Translations under genes and position numbers: made by a program
NCBI GenBank assembly: GCA_048193585.1
Contig: DBFAAM010000029.1
Coordinates: 27,444-91,443 of the forward strand
DNA length: 64,000 nucleotides
Source: Collinsella aerofaciens
GTDB lineage: Bacteria; Actinomycetota; Coriobacteriia; Coriobacteriales; Coriobacteriaceae
Direction of reading: 5' to 3'
The notes under the pieces: model-generated
What the model saw: the letters and a program-made list of their open reading frames with translations, nothing else
What the model was told of the DNA's origin: nothing
The model's database searches: none
In this document: positions 8,488-18,625 of the stretch, piece by piece
Layout: the number at the start of each line of letters is the position of its first letter
Position numbering within the stretch: position 1 is the stretch's first letter

Positions 8488-10221
8488 ATGTCGCAAAACG
8501 ATCGAACTCAACTGATTCCCGATCCGCAGCAGCCGAGCAGGCACGCCGGCGGCGTTCAGTCGCCGCGCCCTATCGCGCCGAGCCACGGTCAGCAGCGTGG
8601 TGCGGCAAACGCTTCTCAACGCCCGAACCAACAGCGACAGCAGCGTCAACAACGACAGCAGCACCAGGCAAACGGCAATGCGCCCAAGCAGCCCCCCACG
8701 CACGCTCGAGGCGATCGCGGCCCCGCGCGCAAGTCCGCCGGCAACAATAAGTCGGGCAAAAAGACGACGCTCTTTGTCGTCCTGGGTCTAATCGTCATTG
8801 TCTATATCGTTGGCGTCGTAGCATTTTCGCAGGTAGCCTACCCCAACACCACCATCGCCGGCGTCGACGTCTCGTTCTCCAACGCTTCGTCTGCCGCCAC
8901 CAAGGTCAACTCGGCATGGAAACACTATAAGCTCACCGTGACAGGCGATGACTTTAGCTGGACCTATCAGCCCGAGTCCGATGAACCCATCGTCGACGGA
9001 GAGGCTGCCGCAAAAGAGATCATCAGCCACAACGAAGCCTTTGTATGGCCGGTCCGCCTTGTGGAATCCTTAAGCGGCAAAACCAAAACAACCGCTACCT
9101 CCAACGAAGTCGATCTTGATCAAGACGTCGACCTGTCCATGCTCTCCGACACCTTTGACCAAAAGAAGTTTGAGAAGGATCTAGGCGCCGCCATCGAAGA
9201 GTTTAACGAGGGGCGTTCGGGCACGTTCGAGGCCAATAGCTCTTATGACGAGCAAGCGGGCAAGTTTACCGTCGAGAAGGCGCGCTCCAACGAAAAACTC
9301 AACCGCGAGCATGTCATTAAGTATGCCGAGCTCGAGCTTGCCTCGCTGGCCGAGACCGTAGATCTTTCCAAGCTCGGCAACGATGCCTATGAGCCGCTCA
9401 ATGGAACGCTGACCGATGATCAGATTCAGGCCGCATGCGATGCCGCCAACAACTTCCTGGGCGTCAACGTGACCCTCAAGCTCAACGGCGAGGATGCCGG
9501 CAAGGTTGATGGCAGCTCCGTGTTGCAGTGGATCAGCTTTGCCGATCCGGCCAACCCCACGCTCGATACGTCGCAGATCAGTAGCTGGGCAGCCGAGCTC
9601 GCCAACGGCTTTAATACTGTGGGCTCCACTCGCTGGTTGACGCGAGCCGATGGCAAGCAGTGCGCCGTCGAAGGCGGCGACTTTGGTTGGTCCATCGACA
9701 GCAGTTCGCTCGCCAAGCAGGTCGAAGACGCCATTAACAACATGCAGACCGGCGAAATCGAGATCAAGTACTCCCAGAAGGCCGACACCTTTACCGCAAA
9801 GGGAGAGCCCGACTGGAAGGCGTATATCGACGTCGACCTGTCCGAGCAGCACGCGCGCTACTACGACGAGAGCGGCAATATCGTGTGGGAGGCCAACTTT
9901 ATTTCCGGCAAACCGGGCGAAGACGCCACCCCCGAGGGCGTGTGGCAGATCAACAGCAACGACGGCGGCAGCACCCTGATCGGAGCCAAGGACCCCGAGA
10001 CCGGTAAGCCCAAATACGAGAGCCCGGTGAGCTACTGGATGCCGTTTGAGGGCAACATGATCGGCTTCCACGACGCTACATGGCAAAACGACAAGAGCTT
10101 CGATAATGCCGAGTCCTATAAGTGGTGCGGCAGCCACGGTTGCATCAACCTGCGCCTGGCAGACGCCAAGGCACTTCACGACTGCATCAAAGTCGGTCTG
10201 TGCGTAGTTGTCCACTCGTAG
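8488..10221 (+). CDS. membrane-anchored L,D-transpeptidase (YkuD domain with peptidoglycan-binding-type middle region)
   Basis: single TM helix, YIDVDLSEQ, TPEG, IGFHDA...SHGCINL catalytic motif. Confidence 0.9.
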   Translation: MSQNDRTQLIPDPQQPSRHAGGVQSPRPIAPSHGQQRGAANASQRPNQQRQQRQQRQQHQANGNAPKQPPTHARGDRGPARKSAGNNKSGKKTTLFVVLGLIVIVYIVGVVAFSQVAYPNTTIAGVDVSFSNASSAATKVNSAWKHYKLTVTGDDFSWTYQPESDEPIVDGEAAAKEIISHNEAFVWPVRLVESLSGKTKTTATSNEVDLDQDVDLSMLSDTFDQKKFEKDLGAAIEEFNEGRSGTFEANSSYDEQAGKFTVEKARSNEKLNREHVIKYAELELASLAETVDLSKLGNDAYEPLNGTLTDDQIQAACDAANNFLGVNVTLKLNGEDAGKVDGSSVLQWISFADPANPTLDTSQISSWAAELANGFNTVGSTRWLTRADGKQCAVEGGDFGWSIDSSSLAKQVEDAINNMQTGEIEIKYSQKADTFTAKGEPDWKAYIDVDLSEQHARYYDESGNIVWEANFISGKPGEDATPEGVWQINSNDGGSTLIGAKDPETGKPKYESPVSYWMPFEGNMIGFHDATWQNDKSFDNAESYKWCGSHGCINLRLADAKALHDCIKVGLCVVVHS

Positions 10222-10353
10222 TGCAACGCGCGCGTTCCTACAACGTGGAACCGCTGCGACCAATCTAACAGTTCCGAAAGAAACCGTCCCATGCGCCCGC
10301 CCCAACCGGTGGGCGCATATACTTAACGAGGTTCTTTCTATAAAGGAGACGCT

Positions 10354-11790
10354 ATGCCGAATGTCCCCACCATCACACCGGGCCCGGATGATACCGAGAA
10401 CACGCCCGAAGGTGACACCGAAACGATTCCTCTGATTACACACGTACATGCCGACAAGCAGAACGGACGCACGAACGATGCGGCCGAGATTTCCGATGAA
10501 GAGGCATATGCCAAGCTCAAGGCAAAACGTGCCGAACGTCGACGCAAAAAGCTGATTCGACGCGGTATTGCCGCCGGCGTCGTGGGCGCCATCGCGCTCA
10601 TTGCCATTGTCGCAACCCTTGTTATCAATGCGCAGCCACAGGGCGCTAGCGGGCCTGTGACCGACATGGTGACCGAGGGCACATTTGCCACAACGGTCGA
10701 GGCGAAAGGCCAGCTCAAACCCATTTCGTCCTCAGTGGTCTCCCCTTCTGTCGACGGCACGGTCGATTCAATCAACGTGCAGGCAGGCCAATCCGTCAAC
10801 GAGGGCGACGTGCTTATGACCATTAAAAACGACGAGCTCGATCGCAACGTTACCGAGGCGCAGCGTGCAGTTGCTGCCGCTCAAGAAGACCTCGCCAACG
10901 CGCAGAAAGCCGCAGCTGCCGAGCAGGCCACCCCAACGACGGACGTTGATGGAGCTTCCGCAGCGGCTGGCGTCTCCGCCGCATCAGCGGACACGAACGC
11001 CGTATCGGCCGCGCAGCGCAGCCTCGCATCGGCCCAGGCAAACCTCGAACAGGCGAATGCCAAAGCCGCCAGCCGTACGGTCACGGCCCCGAGCTCGGGC
11101 AGCATCGTGGAGCTCAACGCCAAGGTGGGCGTCACGGTTACAGGCGGCATGATCATGGGCGAAAGCGATACGAGCGGCGGCAAGCAGTGCATGCAGATCG
11201 CCGACCTGTCCAAGATGAAGGTGACCGTGCAGGTGGGCGAAAAGGACATCGCCAAGATCGCCGTTGGGCAGAGCGCCAACGTCACGTATCCCGCGTTTCC
11301 CGATATCGTGAGCCAGGGCACCGTCACGGCTATCGCGTCGGTGGCAAACTCCGACGCCGCCAACAGTGGCGGCGGCAGCGTAACCTTTAACGTCGACATT
11401 CTCATTGAGGCGCCCGACGCGCGCCTGAAGCCGGGCATGACGGCCGAGGTCTCGGTGGTGACCGAGCAGCTCAACGATGTGGTGATGGTGCCGACGATGG
11501 CGCTCATGACCGAAGACGGCGAACACTATTATGTCAACGTGGCAACCGATGACGAGGGCAAGCAGACCCGCCGCGTGAAGGTGACCGTCGTGACGCAAAA
11601 CGACAACGAAGCCGTAGTCGGCAAGACACAGGTCAAGCGCGACGACCAGGGCAACGAGATTAACCCCAACGTGCCGGTTACCAAGCTGCGCGATGGCGAC
11701 ACCCTCGTCATGGACACCGGAGCGGACGCAACGGCTGACGGCGGCTATAGCACGGATTCGGGCAGCATGTCTGCCGACGAGGGTATGTAA
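10354..11790 (+). CDS. efflux periplasmic adaptor / membrane fusion protein (MacA/HlyD-like)
   Basis: N-terminal TM, lipoyl-like GQSVNEGDVL, coiled coil, VTAPSSG, LKPGMTAEV. Confidence 0.88.
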   Translation: MPNVPTITPGPDDTENTPEGDTETIPLITHVHADKQNGRTNDAAEISDEEAYAKLKAKRAERRRKKLIRRGIAAGVVGAIALIAIVATLVINAQPQGASGPVTDMVTEGTFATTVEAKGQLKPISSSVVSPSVDGTVDSINVQAGQSVNEGDVLMTIKNDELDRNVTEAQRAVAAAQEDLANAQKAAAAEQATPTTDVDGASAAAGVSAASADTNAVSAAQRSLASAQANLEQANAKAASRTVTAPSSGSIVELNAKVGVTVTGGMIMGESDTSGGKQCMQIADLSKMKVTVQVGEKDIAKIAVGQSANVTYPAFPDIVSQGTVTAIASVANSDAANSGGGSVTFNVDILIEAPDARLKPGMTAEVSVVTEQLNDVVMVPTMALMTEDGEHYYVNVATDDEGKQTRRVKVTVVTQNDNEAVVGKTQVKRDDQGNEINPNVPVTKLRDGDTLVMDTGADATADGGYSTDSGSMSADEGM

Positions 11791-12563
11791 TGCGCCCCGT
11801 CATCGACATTCGCAACGTGCACCGCATCTTTGAGAGCGAGGCAGGTTGCGCCCACATCCTGCACAACGTGAGCCTGGCGGTAAATCCCGGCGAATTCGTC
11901 GCTATCACTGGCCCCTCGGGCTCGGGCAAATCAACGCTTATGAACATCCTGGGCTGCCTGGATAAGCCGACGGCGGGCGACTATTACCTGCAAGGGCTCA
12001 ACGTGGCCGAGCTCGATGATGACGAGCTCACCGAAGTTCGCGCCCTGAGCATTGGCTTTGTCTTTCAGAGCTTCAACCTGCTGCCGCGCCTAACGGTCAT
12101 CGAAAACGTGATGCTGCCGCTGGCCTACACCAATGTGCCCCGTAGCCAGCGCGAGATGCGCGCCGTCCACGCGCTGCAGGCCGTCACGCTACCGGTCGAC
12201 CACTGGGACCACCGCATATCCGAGCTCTCGGGCGGCCAGATGCAGCGTGTCGCCATCGCGCGCGCCCTCGTTAATGACCCGCCCATCATTTTGGCTGACG
12301 AACCGACGGGAAACCTGGACTCCGCCACTGGAGCGCTTGTAATGGAGACCTTCCATAAGCTCCAGAAGCGCGGCAAAACCATCGTTCTTATCACACACGA
12401 CCCCGGAATCGCCGCCGAGGCCGACCGTGCCGTGACCATCCGCGACGGTCGCATTCACGACGGCGCGTATATTCCACATGCACCGCGGACCCTGCGCAGC
12501 GCCGTAGATAGCCTGCCCATAATTTCCGCCTCCGCCAACCCGCCGAAAGGAGTGGTGGCATGA
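11790..12563 (+). CDS. ABC exporter ATP-binding protein (MacB/LolD-like)
   Basis: GPSGSGKST, LSGGQMQR, ILADEPTGNLD. Confidence 0.95.
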   Translation: MRPVIDIRNVHRIFESEAGCAHILHNVSLAVNPGEFVAITGPSGSGKSTLMNILGCLDKPTAGDYYLQGLNVAELDDDELTEVRALSIGFVFQSFNLLPRLTVIENVMLPLAYTNVPRSQREMRAVHALQAVTLPVDHWDHRISELSGGQMQRVAIARALVNDPPIILADEPTGNLDSATGALVMETFHKLQKRGKTIVLITHDPGIAAEADRAVTIRDGRIHDGAYIPHAPRTLRSAVDSLPIISASANPPKGVVA

Positions 12564-13774
12564 GCGCCCGCGATCTCATCCAGGAAGCCCTTCACTCGCT
12601 CGAGGCCAACAAGGGGCGAAGCCTACTCACCATCCTGGGCATTGTCATCGGCATCGCCTCGGTTATCGCCATGACTTCGCTCATCGGCGGCATCCAAAAC
12701 AGCCTGGTCAACAGTCTGGGCCTCAATGCGGCACGCATGGTGCAAATCTATTCGTCGCAAGAACTCACCGAGTCGGACATCGAGAAGCTTCAAAAACTGA
12801 TGCCGCAGATAGAGCAGATCGGCATTGTCGACAGCGCCTATACCGAGTATAAGACCGGCGATAAAAGCTATACCGTCATGGCACAGGGTGTCGATAGCGA
12901 CATGCTCAACGCCGTGGGGGCCAGCAAGCTCGTTGCGGGGCGTACCTATTCCCAGGCCGAGTCTCAATCAGGCTCGCGCGTGGCGCTCATCAGCCGCGGC
13001 GGCGCCGATCAGCTTTACGGCAACGAACAGGATGCGCTGGGGAAAACCATCAAGGTGTCCAACGGTGAGGTGCAGATTGTAGGCGTGATTGATGGCGGCA
13101 GCGACTCCATGGGCTCGCTCACGCTGTATATGCCACGCGAGACCATCTCCGGGCTGTTTGGCGACGAAAATCCTTCATTCCCCAGCGTGACGGCACTTAC
13201 CGCCGAGGGCACGGACATGGAAGAGCTTTGTAAGACCATCGAGTCCAAGGTGCGCGCGATGAAGGGCATCGCGGAGGATGATGAGAACGACAGTGTATCG
13301 GCGACATCCATGAAAAGCGCCATCGATGCGCTCAACTCCTTTATGGGCGCGTTCTCGCTAATCATGGGTGCTGTCGCCAGCATCTCGCTGCTTGTCGGCG
13401 GTATCGGCATTATGAATATGATGCTCACCAACGTGTCTGAGCGCATCCGCGAGATCGGCATCCGCCGCGCTCTGGGTGCCAGTCGTCGCGATATCACCGC
13501 CCAGTTTTTGGCCGAGTCCTCGGCGCTGTGCGTCACCGGCGGACTGTTGGGTGTCCTGATTGGCTATCTGCTGGCCTGGGCTCTTGCGATGTTTGCCGCA
13601 GGATCAGGGGTTCTCGGCGAGCTCGGTGCCAGCGGGCAAATCACACCGAGCTTTTCAATCGCCACGGTATTGCTGGCCTTCGCCGTCTCCGTCGGCATCG
13701 GCGTAATCTTTGGTTTCTACCCCGCTCGCCGCGCAGCAAAGCTCGACCCGGTGGAGTGCCTACGCTACCAGTAA
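12560..13774 (+). CDS. ABC exporter permease (MacB/FtsX family)
   Basis: RSLLTILGIVIGI, VGGIGIMNMM, ERIREIGIRRALGA, YPARRAAKLDP. Confidence 0.95.
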   Translation: MSARDLIQEALHSLEANKGRSLLTILGIVIGIASVIAMTSLIGGIQNSLVNSLGLNAARMVQIYSSQELTESDIEKLQKLMPQIEQIGIVDSAYTEYKTGDKSYTVMAQGVDSDMLNAVGASKLVAGRTYSQAESQSGSRVALISRGGADQLYGNEQDALGKTIKVSNGEVQIVGVIDGGSDSMGSLTLYMPRETISGLFGDENPSFPSVTALTAEGTDMEELCKTIESKVRAMKGIAEDDENDSVSATSMKSAIDALNSFMGAFSLIMGAVASISLLVGGIGIMNMMLTNVSERIREIGIRRALGASRRDITAQFLAESSALCVTGGLLGVLIGYLLAWALAMFAAGSGVLGELGASGQITPSFSIATVLLAFAVSVGIGVIFGFYPARRAAKLDPVECLRYQ

Positions 13775-13787
13775 GCCACCACCAACA

Positions 13788-13854
13788 AGTTGCGGTGAAT
13801 TGGGGACTGAAAATGCTATCTAGCAGCAAAAACAGACACTATTTCACCGCAACT
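13788..13854. repeat. 67-bp extragenic palindromic element, copy 1
   Basis: agttgcggtgaa...ttcaccgcaact termini; same length and arms as 44313-44379. Confidence 0.85.
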
Positions 13855-13864
13855 CATTGAAGGG

Positions 13865-13960
13865 CTGTTTACGCCAGTTCCGGGCGTCGTCCTCGAGCTA
13901 TTGGTGGATGACGGGCTTGTACGGGTCGAGCTTGCTCGGGGCGCTCCTCCTCGCGGGCGG
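13865..13960 (-). pseudogene. IS21-family IstA transposase fragment
   Basis: minus frame reads PPARRSAPSKLDPYKPVIHQ*LEDDARNWRKQ, matching the IstA SKLDPYKxxIxxWLxxD...RKQ segment with W replaced by TAG. Confidence 0.75.
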
Positions 13961-13985
13961 GATGGCGCGTAGGCGCGGCGAGCGC

Positions 13986-14759
13986 CTAGCGCGCGAACTC
14001 CCGTAAGAGCGCGTCTTCCACTTCCCGAAGCGAAAGGGCCCCGCCTCCCTCGGCGGGACGGGCGACCACGATACAGCGCGCTCCCGCGTCACGCGCGGCG
14101 GCGAGCTTCTCGGCCGTGCCGCCTACGGTTCCCGAGTCCTTGGTCACAAGCCACTGGGCGCCCACCTGCCGAAGCATCGCCTCGTTGAGCTCGCGGGTGA
14201 AGGGCCCCTGCATGCCGATGACGTGCGACGGCGAAAACCCCGCGTCGATGCACTTCGTTATAGCACCGGGCAGCGGGAGCACACGCACGAAGAAGCGCTC
14301 CGCGAAATCGGCGACGCGCGTGTAGGGAGCAAGCTCCTTGCTCCCCGTCGTGAGAAGCGCGCGACCCGGGTTCTCGGAGAGAAAGCGCGCCGCGCAGGCG
14401 ATCGACGCGACCGACACGACGCCTTTGGGCAGCGACTCGGCCGGGCGCGCAAGGCGCAGGCATCGTGCACCCACGGCGAGCGAAGCGGCCCGGATGTTGC
14501 CGCTTGCGAGCGTAGCGAAGGGGTGCGTGGCGTCGACGACGATGCGCGCGCCGGAAAGCTCGCGCTCCATGTCGGCCTCGTCGAGCCTGCCCGCATGCAC
14601 CTCGATGCCCGGAAGCTCGCCCAAAAGCTCGCCTCCGTACTCGGTTGCCGCGTAGGCACGGGCGGGGATTCCCGCCCCGCTCGCCCATTCGCACAGAAGG
14701 CGGCCCTCGGTGGTGCCGGCGAAGATGCGCAGCGCCGGCGCGGATGCGGGGGCCGTCAC
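13986..14759 (-). CDS. cbiJ: cobalt-precorrin-6A reductase
   Basis: IFAGTTEGR, VVDATHPFA, GMQGPF, LVTKDSG; GTG start overlaps the cbiC stop. Confidence 0.93.
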   Translation of the reverse strand: MTAPASAPALRIFAGTTEGRLLCEWASGAGIPARAYAATEYGGELLGELPGIEVHAGRLDEADMERELSGARIVVDATHPFATLASGNIRAASLAVGARCLRLARPAESLPKGVVSVASIACAARFLSENPGRALLTTGSKELAPYTRVADFAERFFVRVLPLPGAITKCIDAGFSPSHVIGMQGPFTRELNEAMLRQVGAQWLVTKDSGTVGGTAEKLAAARDAGARCIVVARPAEGGGALSLREVEDALLREFAR

Positions 14760-15397
14760 TTCGGGCCGCCTGGGCGCGTGATCTGGTAGAGCAGCGCGTT
14801 CATAATGGCGGCCGCCACGGTCGAGCCGCCCTTGCGACCCCTCGCGACGATGGCCGGCACGCGTCGCGCGAGTAGCTCCTCTTTCGCCTCGACCACGTTC
14901 ACAAACCCAACCGGCACCCCAACGACGAGCGCGGGCGCGATCTTCCCCGCGTCCATGAGCTCGGCGAGGCGCAGAAGTGCTGTGGGAGCGTTGCCGACGG
15001 CCACGATGAGCGGACCCTCGATGCCGCAAGCTTTGTCCATGCTCGCAACGGCGCGAGTCGTGCCCGCGGCGCGCGCCGTTGCGGCGACATCAGGGTCGGC
15101 CATATAGCACACGGCCTGGCAGCCGATCTTCGCGAGCGCGGGCTTGCTTATGCCTGCGAGCGCCATGTTCGTGTCGGTGAGCACCGTGGCCCCTGCGCGC
15201 AGTGCGTCGAGCGCACAGTGCGCGGCGTCATGGGTGAACACGAGGGAATCGGCGTACGAGAAGTCGGCAGTGGTGTGGATGACGCGCTTCACGACGGGCT
15301 CTTCGAGCGGCGGGAACGTGCGGCCGCCGAGCTCTTCGGTAATGATCTCGAAGCTGCGCCGCTCGATGTCGCCGGGCGCCATCTCCTTGGAATCCAT
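14756..15397 (-). CDS. cbiC: cobalt-precorrin-8 methylmutase
   Basis: IERRSFEII, RVIHTTAD, GNAPTAL, PVGFVNV, GRKGGS. Confidence 0.95.
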   Translation of the reverse strand: MDSKEMAPGDIERRSFEIITEELGGRTFPPLEEPVVKRVIHTTADFSYADSLVFTHDAAHCALDALRAGATVLTDTNMALAGISKPALAKIGCQAVCYMADPDVAATARAAGTTRAVASMDKACGIEGPLIVAVGNAPTALLRLAELMDAGKIAPALVVGVPVGFVNVVEAKEELLARRVPAIVARGRKGGSTVAAAIMNALLYQITRPGGPK

Positions 15398-15913
15398 CTA
15401 GTACTCCACTCCTTCCCTTGCACATATCCCCTGCTCGTAGGGGTGTTTCTCGCACCGCATCTCGGTTATGTAGTCGGCCTTCTCCACGATCTTGCGGGAA
15501 GGCGCGCGCCCGGTGAGCGCTACTTCGACGCCGCGCGCGGACATATCGAGCGCGCGGTCCACGAGCGCCTCGTCGACAAGCCCCTTCGAAAGCGCGTCGA
15601 GCGCCTCGTCGAGCACGAGCAGCCCCTCCTGCGCGCCCTCGAGCTCGGCGAGCGCGGAAGCGAGGTTCCCATCGTGCAACTCGCGCGTCGCGGCAAGTTC
15701 TTCCGACGTCATGGACCAGGTAAACTTGTCCGACGCCTTCCCCGCGAACACGGGCACGCCGAAATGCTCGGCGAGCAGGCGCACCTCCCCGCTTTCGCCG
15801 TCTTTCAGGAACTGCACGACGACGACGCGGCGGCCTGCGGCGAGCATGCGAAGGGCGAGGCCCATCGCCGCCGTGGTCTTGCCTTTGCCGTCGCCATGAT
15901 ACACGTGGATCAT
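15398..15913 (-). CDS. cobO: ATP:corrinoid adenosyltransferase (CobA/CobO/BtuR family)
   Basis: YHGDGKGKTTAAMG, VQFLK, LVLDE, TGR, KHPY. Confidence 0.93.
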   Translation of the reverse strand: MIHVYHGDGKGKTTAAMGLALRMLAAGRRVVVVQFLKDGESGEVRLLAEHFGVPVFAGKASDKFTWSMTSEELAATRELHDGNLASALAELEGAQEGLLVLDEALDALSKGLVDEALVDRALDMSARGVEVALTGRAPSRKIVEKADYITEMRCEKHPYEQGICAREGVEY

Positions 15914-17409
15914 ACGCCCTCCTCGATAATGCGGTAGACATACTCCATGTCGAGCGCCCCGCGCACGGAGTCGGCCAGGCGGTCGAACTCGCGCGCACGG
16001 TGATCGGCCGCGGACACCGCGCCCTCAGCACCCACGACGCTCTCGGGCAGGCCGCGCATGCGCGCGAGCGAGCGCGCGAGGGCGAGTGCCACCCCCGGTT
16101 CGTCGAACAGGCCGTGGAGATAGGTTCCGAACACGTTTCCGCAGGCCGCGCCTTCTGGTTTGCCGCCAATCGTGCCCGCAGGGGCGCAGGAGACGGTCGT
16201 TTCGCCGTCGTGAATCTCGTACCCGCGCGCCGTCATGCCGTTCCACACCGAGAACGCGCCTTGGGCGCCCGTGATGCGCAGCTCCGACTGGGCGAGGCGC
16301 TTTTCCTCCTTGAACACCGTACTTGCAGGGATGAGCCCGAGCCCGCGCGCGGTGCCAGCGCCTTCCCTGCCGTGCGGGTCCGAAAGCTCGTCTCCCAAAA
16401 GCTGGTAGCCTCCGCATATGCCGAGCACCGGCGTGCCCGCGCCCGAAAGCGCGCGTACACAGGCTCCGATGCCGCTAGCCGCAAGCCAGCGCGCGTCGTC
16501 GACCGTGGACTTCGAGCCGGGAAGCACCACCAGGTCGGGTCGGCCCAGATCGGTCGTCGAGGAAACGTAGCGCACGCCCATGCCGGGCACGCGCGAAAGC
16601 GGGTCGAAGTCGGTGAAGTTCGACAGATGCGGAAGGCGCACGACGGCGACGTCGATGACGCCGCGCGCCTCGCGGGCAGTTAGGCGCGGCGCGAGCGAGT
16701 CCTCGTCGTCCAGGTCGAGCGTAAGATACGGCACGACCCCCACGACGGGAACCCCGCACATTTTCTCGAGCGGAGCCAAACCCGGGCGCAGGATTTCCAC
16801 ATCGCCGCGGAACTTGTTCACCACAAGCCCCCGCAAAAGCGCGCGGTCCTCGGGCGCAAGGAGCGCGACCGTGCCGTAGAGCTGGGCAAACACCCCGCCT
16901 GGGTCGATGTCGCCCGCGAGCAGCACGGGGGAGGACACGGCGCGCGCGAGCCCCATGTTGACGATGTCGTTTTCGGCAAGGTTGATTTCGACGGGACTGC
17001 CGGCGCCCTCGATGACGATGACGTCGTTTTCCTCCGCGAGCGAATCGAACGCCTCCAAAATCTGCGGCATGAGCGCCTTCTTTCGCGCGAAGTAGTCCCT
17101 CGCAGCGAAGGCTCCCTGCGCCTTGCCGGCCACGATGAGCTGGCTTCGGTGATCGCTTTCGGGCTTGAGCAGGATGGGGTTCATGCGCACGTCGGGCGCG
17201 ATGCCGCACGCCTCGGCCTGCATGATCTGAGCGCGCCCCATCTCGAGCCCGTCGGCCGTGACACCGCTGTTGAGCGCCATGTTCTGGCTCTTGAAGGGAG
17301 CCACGCGCAGGCCGTCCTGCGAAAGCACACGGCACAGCCCCGCCGCAAGCAGGCTCTTCCCCGCGTTCGACATGGTGCCCTGGATCATGATGGGCTTCGC
17401 CCTACCCAC
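15910..17409 (-). CDS. cbiP: cobyric acid synthase
   Basis: IMIQGTMSNAGKS, PFKSQNM, EGAGSP, GICGGYQ, GTYLHG; GTG start after AAGGAGG. Confidence 0.95.
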   Translation of the reverse strand: MGRAKPIMIQGTMSNAGKSLLAAGLCRVLSQDGLRVAPFKSQNMALNSGVTADGLEMGRAQIMQAEACGIAPDVRMNPILLKPESDHRSQLIVAGKAQGAFAARDYFARKKALMPQILEAFDSLAEENDVIVIEGAGSPVEINLAENDIVNMGLARAVSSPVLLAGDIDPGGVFAQLYGTVALLAPEDRALLRGLVVNKFRGDVEILRPGLAPLEKMCGVPVVGVVPYLTLDLDDEDSLAPRLTAREARGVIDVAVVRLPHLSNFTDFDPLSRVPGMGVRYVSSTTDLGRPDLVVLPGSKSTVDDARWLAASGIGACVRALSGAGTPVLGICGGYQLLGDELSDPHGREGAGTARGLGLIPASTVFKEEKRLAQSELRITGAQGAFSVWNGMTARGYEIHDGETTVSCAPAGTIGGKPEGAACGNVFGTYLHGLFDEPGVALALARSLARMRGLPESVVGAEGAVSAADHRAREFDRLADSVRGALDMEYVYRIIEEGV

Positions 17410-18625
17410 GGGTATCGACCTCCTTCGCCGAGCCTCGGCCATCCGCGCCCGCCATAGCGCCGCTGCAAGAAGCGCCGCCCCGTTCGTCGGGTTCGCCTTC
17501 GCCCGATGCACCTTCCGCCCGAAGCGCGCGGCTGAACGCCATCGCAAGCCGGGCATTCTCCTTGTGCGTGCGCACGGCGACGCGGCACCAGAAACGGGAC
17601 AGTATCGAAAACGAGTCGCACGTGCGGACCAAAACCCCCTGTTTATACAGGCGCTCGGGGATGTCTTTCGCCGGCGTGCGGACTAAAAGGAAGTTCGCAT
17701 CCGACGGCACGACGGAAAGCCCGAGCGAGGAGAGCTCGTGGGAAAGCCACGCTCGCTCGCCCGCCAATACATCGCGCGTGCGCGAGACGTATTCGACGTC
17801 TTCCAGGGCGGCGATGCCCGCGGCCTCGGCGACCGAGGAGACGGGCCACGCCTGCCCCGCCCGACGAATCCCCTCGATGAGTTGGGCGTTTCCGCTGATC
17901 AGATACCCCAACCGCAACCCTGCCATTCCGTAGAGCTTGGTGAACGCGGAGAGCACGGCCACATGGTGCGAACACGCGGCGCGTGCGGCCACGCTCCTTT
18001 CGCGGGCGTCGGGCGCAAATCCGAGGAAGCACTCGTCCACGACGAGCAGCGCGCCCACCTGCTCGCAGCGGCAAGCCGCGGCATCGATCACGCGGGGGTC
18101 GACGAGGCGCCCCGTCGGGTTGTTCGGATTGCAGAGGTACGCCACGTCTCCCGGCCCCTCGATCGCGCGGGCGAAGGAGGCGGGCACGTCGAAGTCATCC
18201 GCCTCGGAGAGCGGGAACTCCTGCACGCATGCACCGTAGTACGATGCCGCCTCCGCATATTCAGAGAACGTCGGCGCGCACACGACGATGCGTTTCGGGC
18301 GTACCGCCGCGGCGAGCCGCCAGATGATGTCAGACGCGCCCGCGCCGCAGACGATAGTATCTTCGGGAATGCCCTGGGCGCGCCCTAGGGCGCGAACGAG
18401 TGCGAGGCTTTCCCTATCGGGGTAGGCGTCGATTCGAGAAAGCGCCTTGCAAGCTGCGGCGACGGCGCGCGGCGAGGGGCCAGCCGGATTCACGTTCACC
18501 GAGAAGTCAATGAGGTCGGAGGCGCCCCCTTCGCAAGCGATGCCGAGCGATTGCGAGCTGCCCCCATGCGTACGGGCGCGCAGGATTCCCCCGGCAGCCT
18601 GGGGCGCGGCGTGGTCTTCCCTCAT
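17402..18625 (-). CDS. cobD: threonine-phosphate decarboxylase (PLP-dependent)
   Basis: HGG, DFSVNVNP, YPD, CNPNNPTG, VDECF, AFTKLYGMAGLRLGY; position in the cob operon. Confidence 0.9.
   Translation of the reverse strand: MREDHAAPQAAGGILRARTHGGSSQSLGIACEGGASDLIDFSVNVNPAGPSPRAVAAACKALSRIDAYPDRESLALVRALGRAQGIPEDTIVCGAGASDIIWRLAAAVRPKRIVVCAPTFSEYAEAASYYGACVQEFPLSEADDFDVPASFARAIEGPGDVAYLCNPNNPTGRLVDPRVIDAAACRCEQVGALLVVDECFLGFAPDARERSVAARAACSHHVAVLSAFTKLYGMAGLRLGYLISGNAQLIEGIRRAGQAWPVSSVAEAAGIAALEDVEYVSRTRDVLAGERAWLSHELSSLGLSVVPSDANFLLVRTPAKDIPERLYKQGVLVRTCDSFSILSRFWCRVAVRTHKENARLAMAFSRALRAEGASGEGEPDERGGASCSGAMAGADGRGSAKEVDTRG

Noticed and set aside
13898..13900. Programmed TAG readthrough in the IstA-like frame
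   Set aside because: The fragment is about 30 codons with no start or catalytic domain; simple decay explains it.
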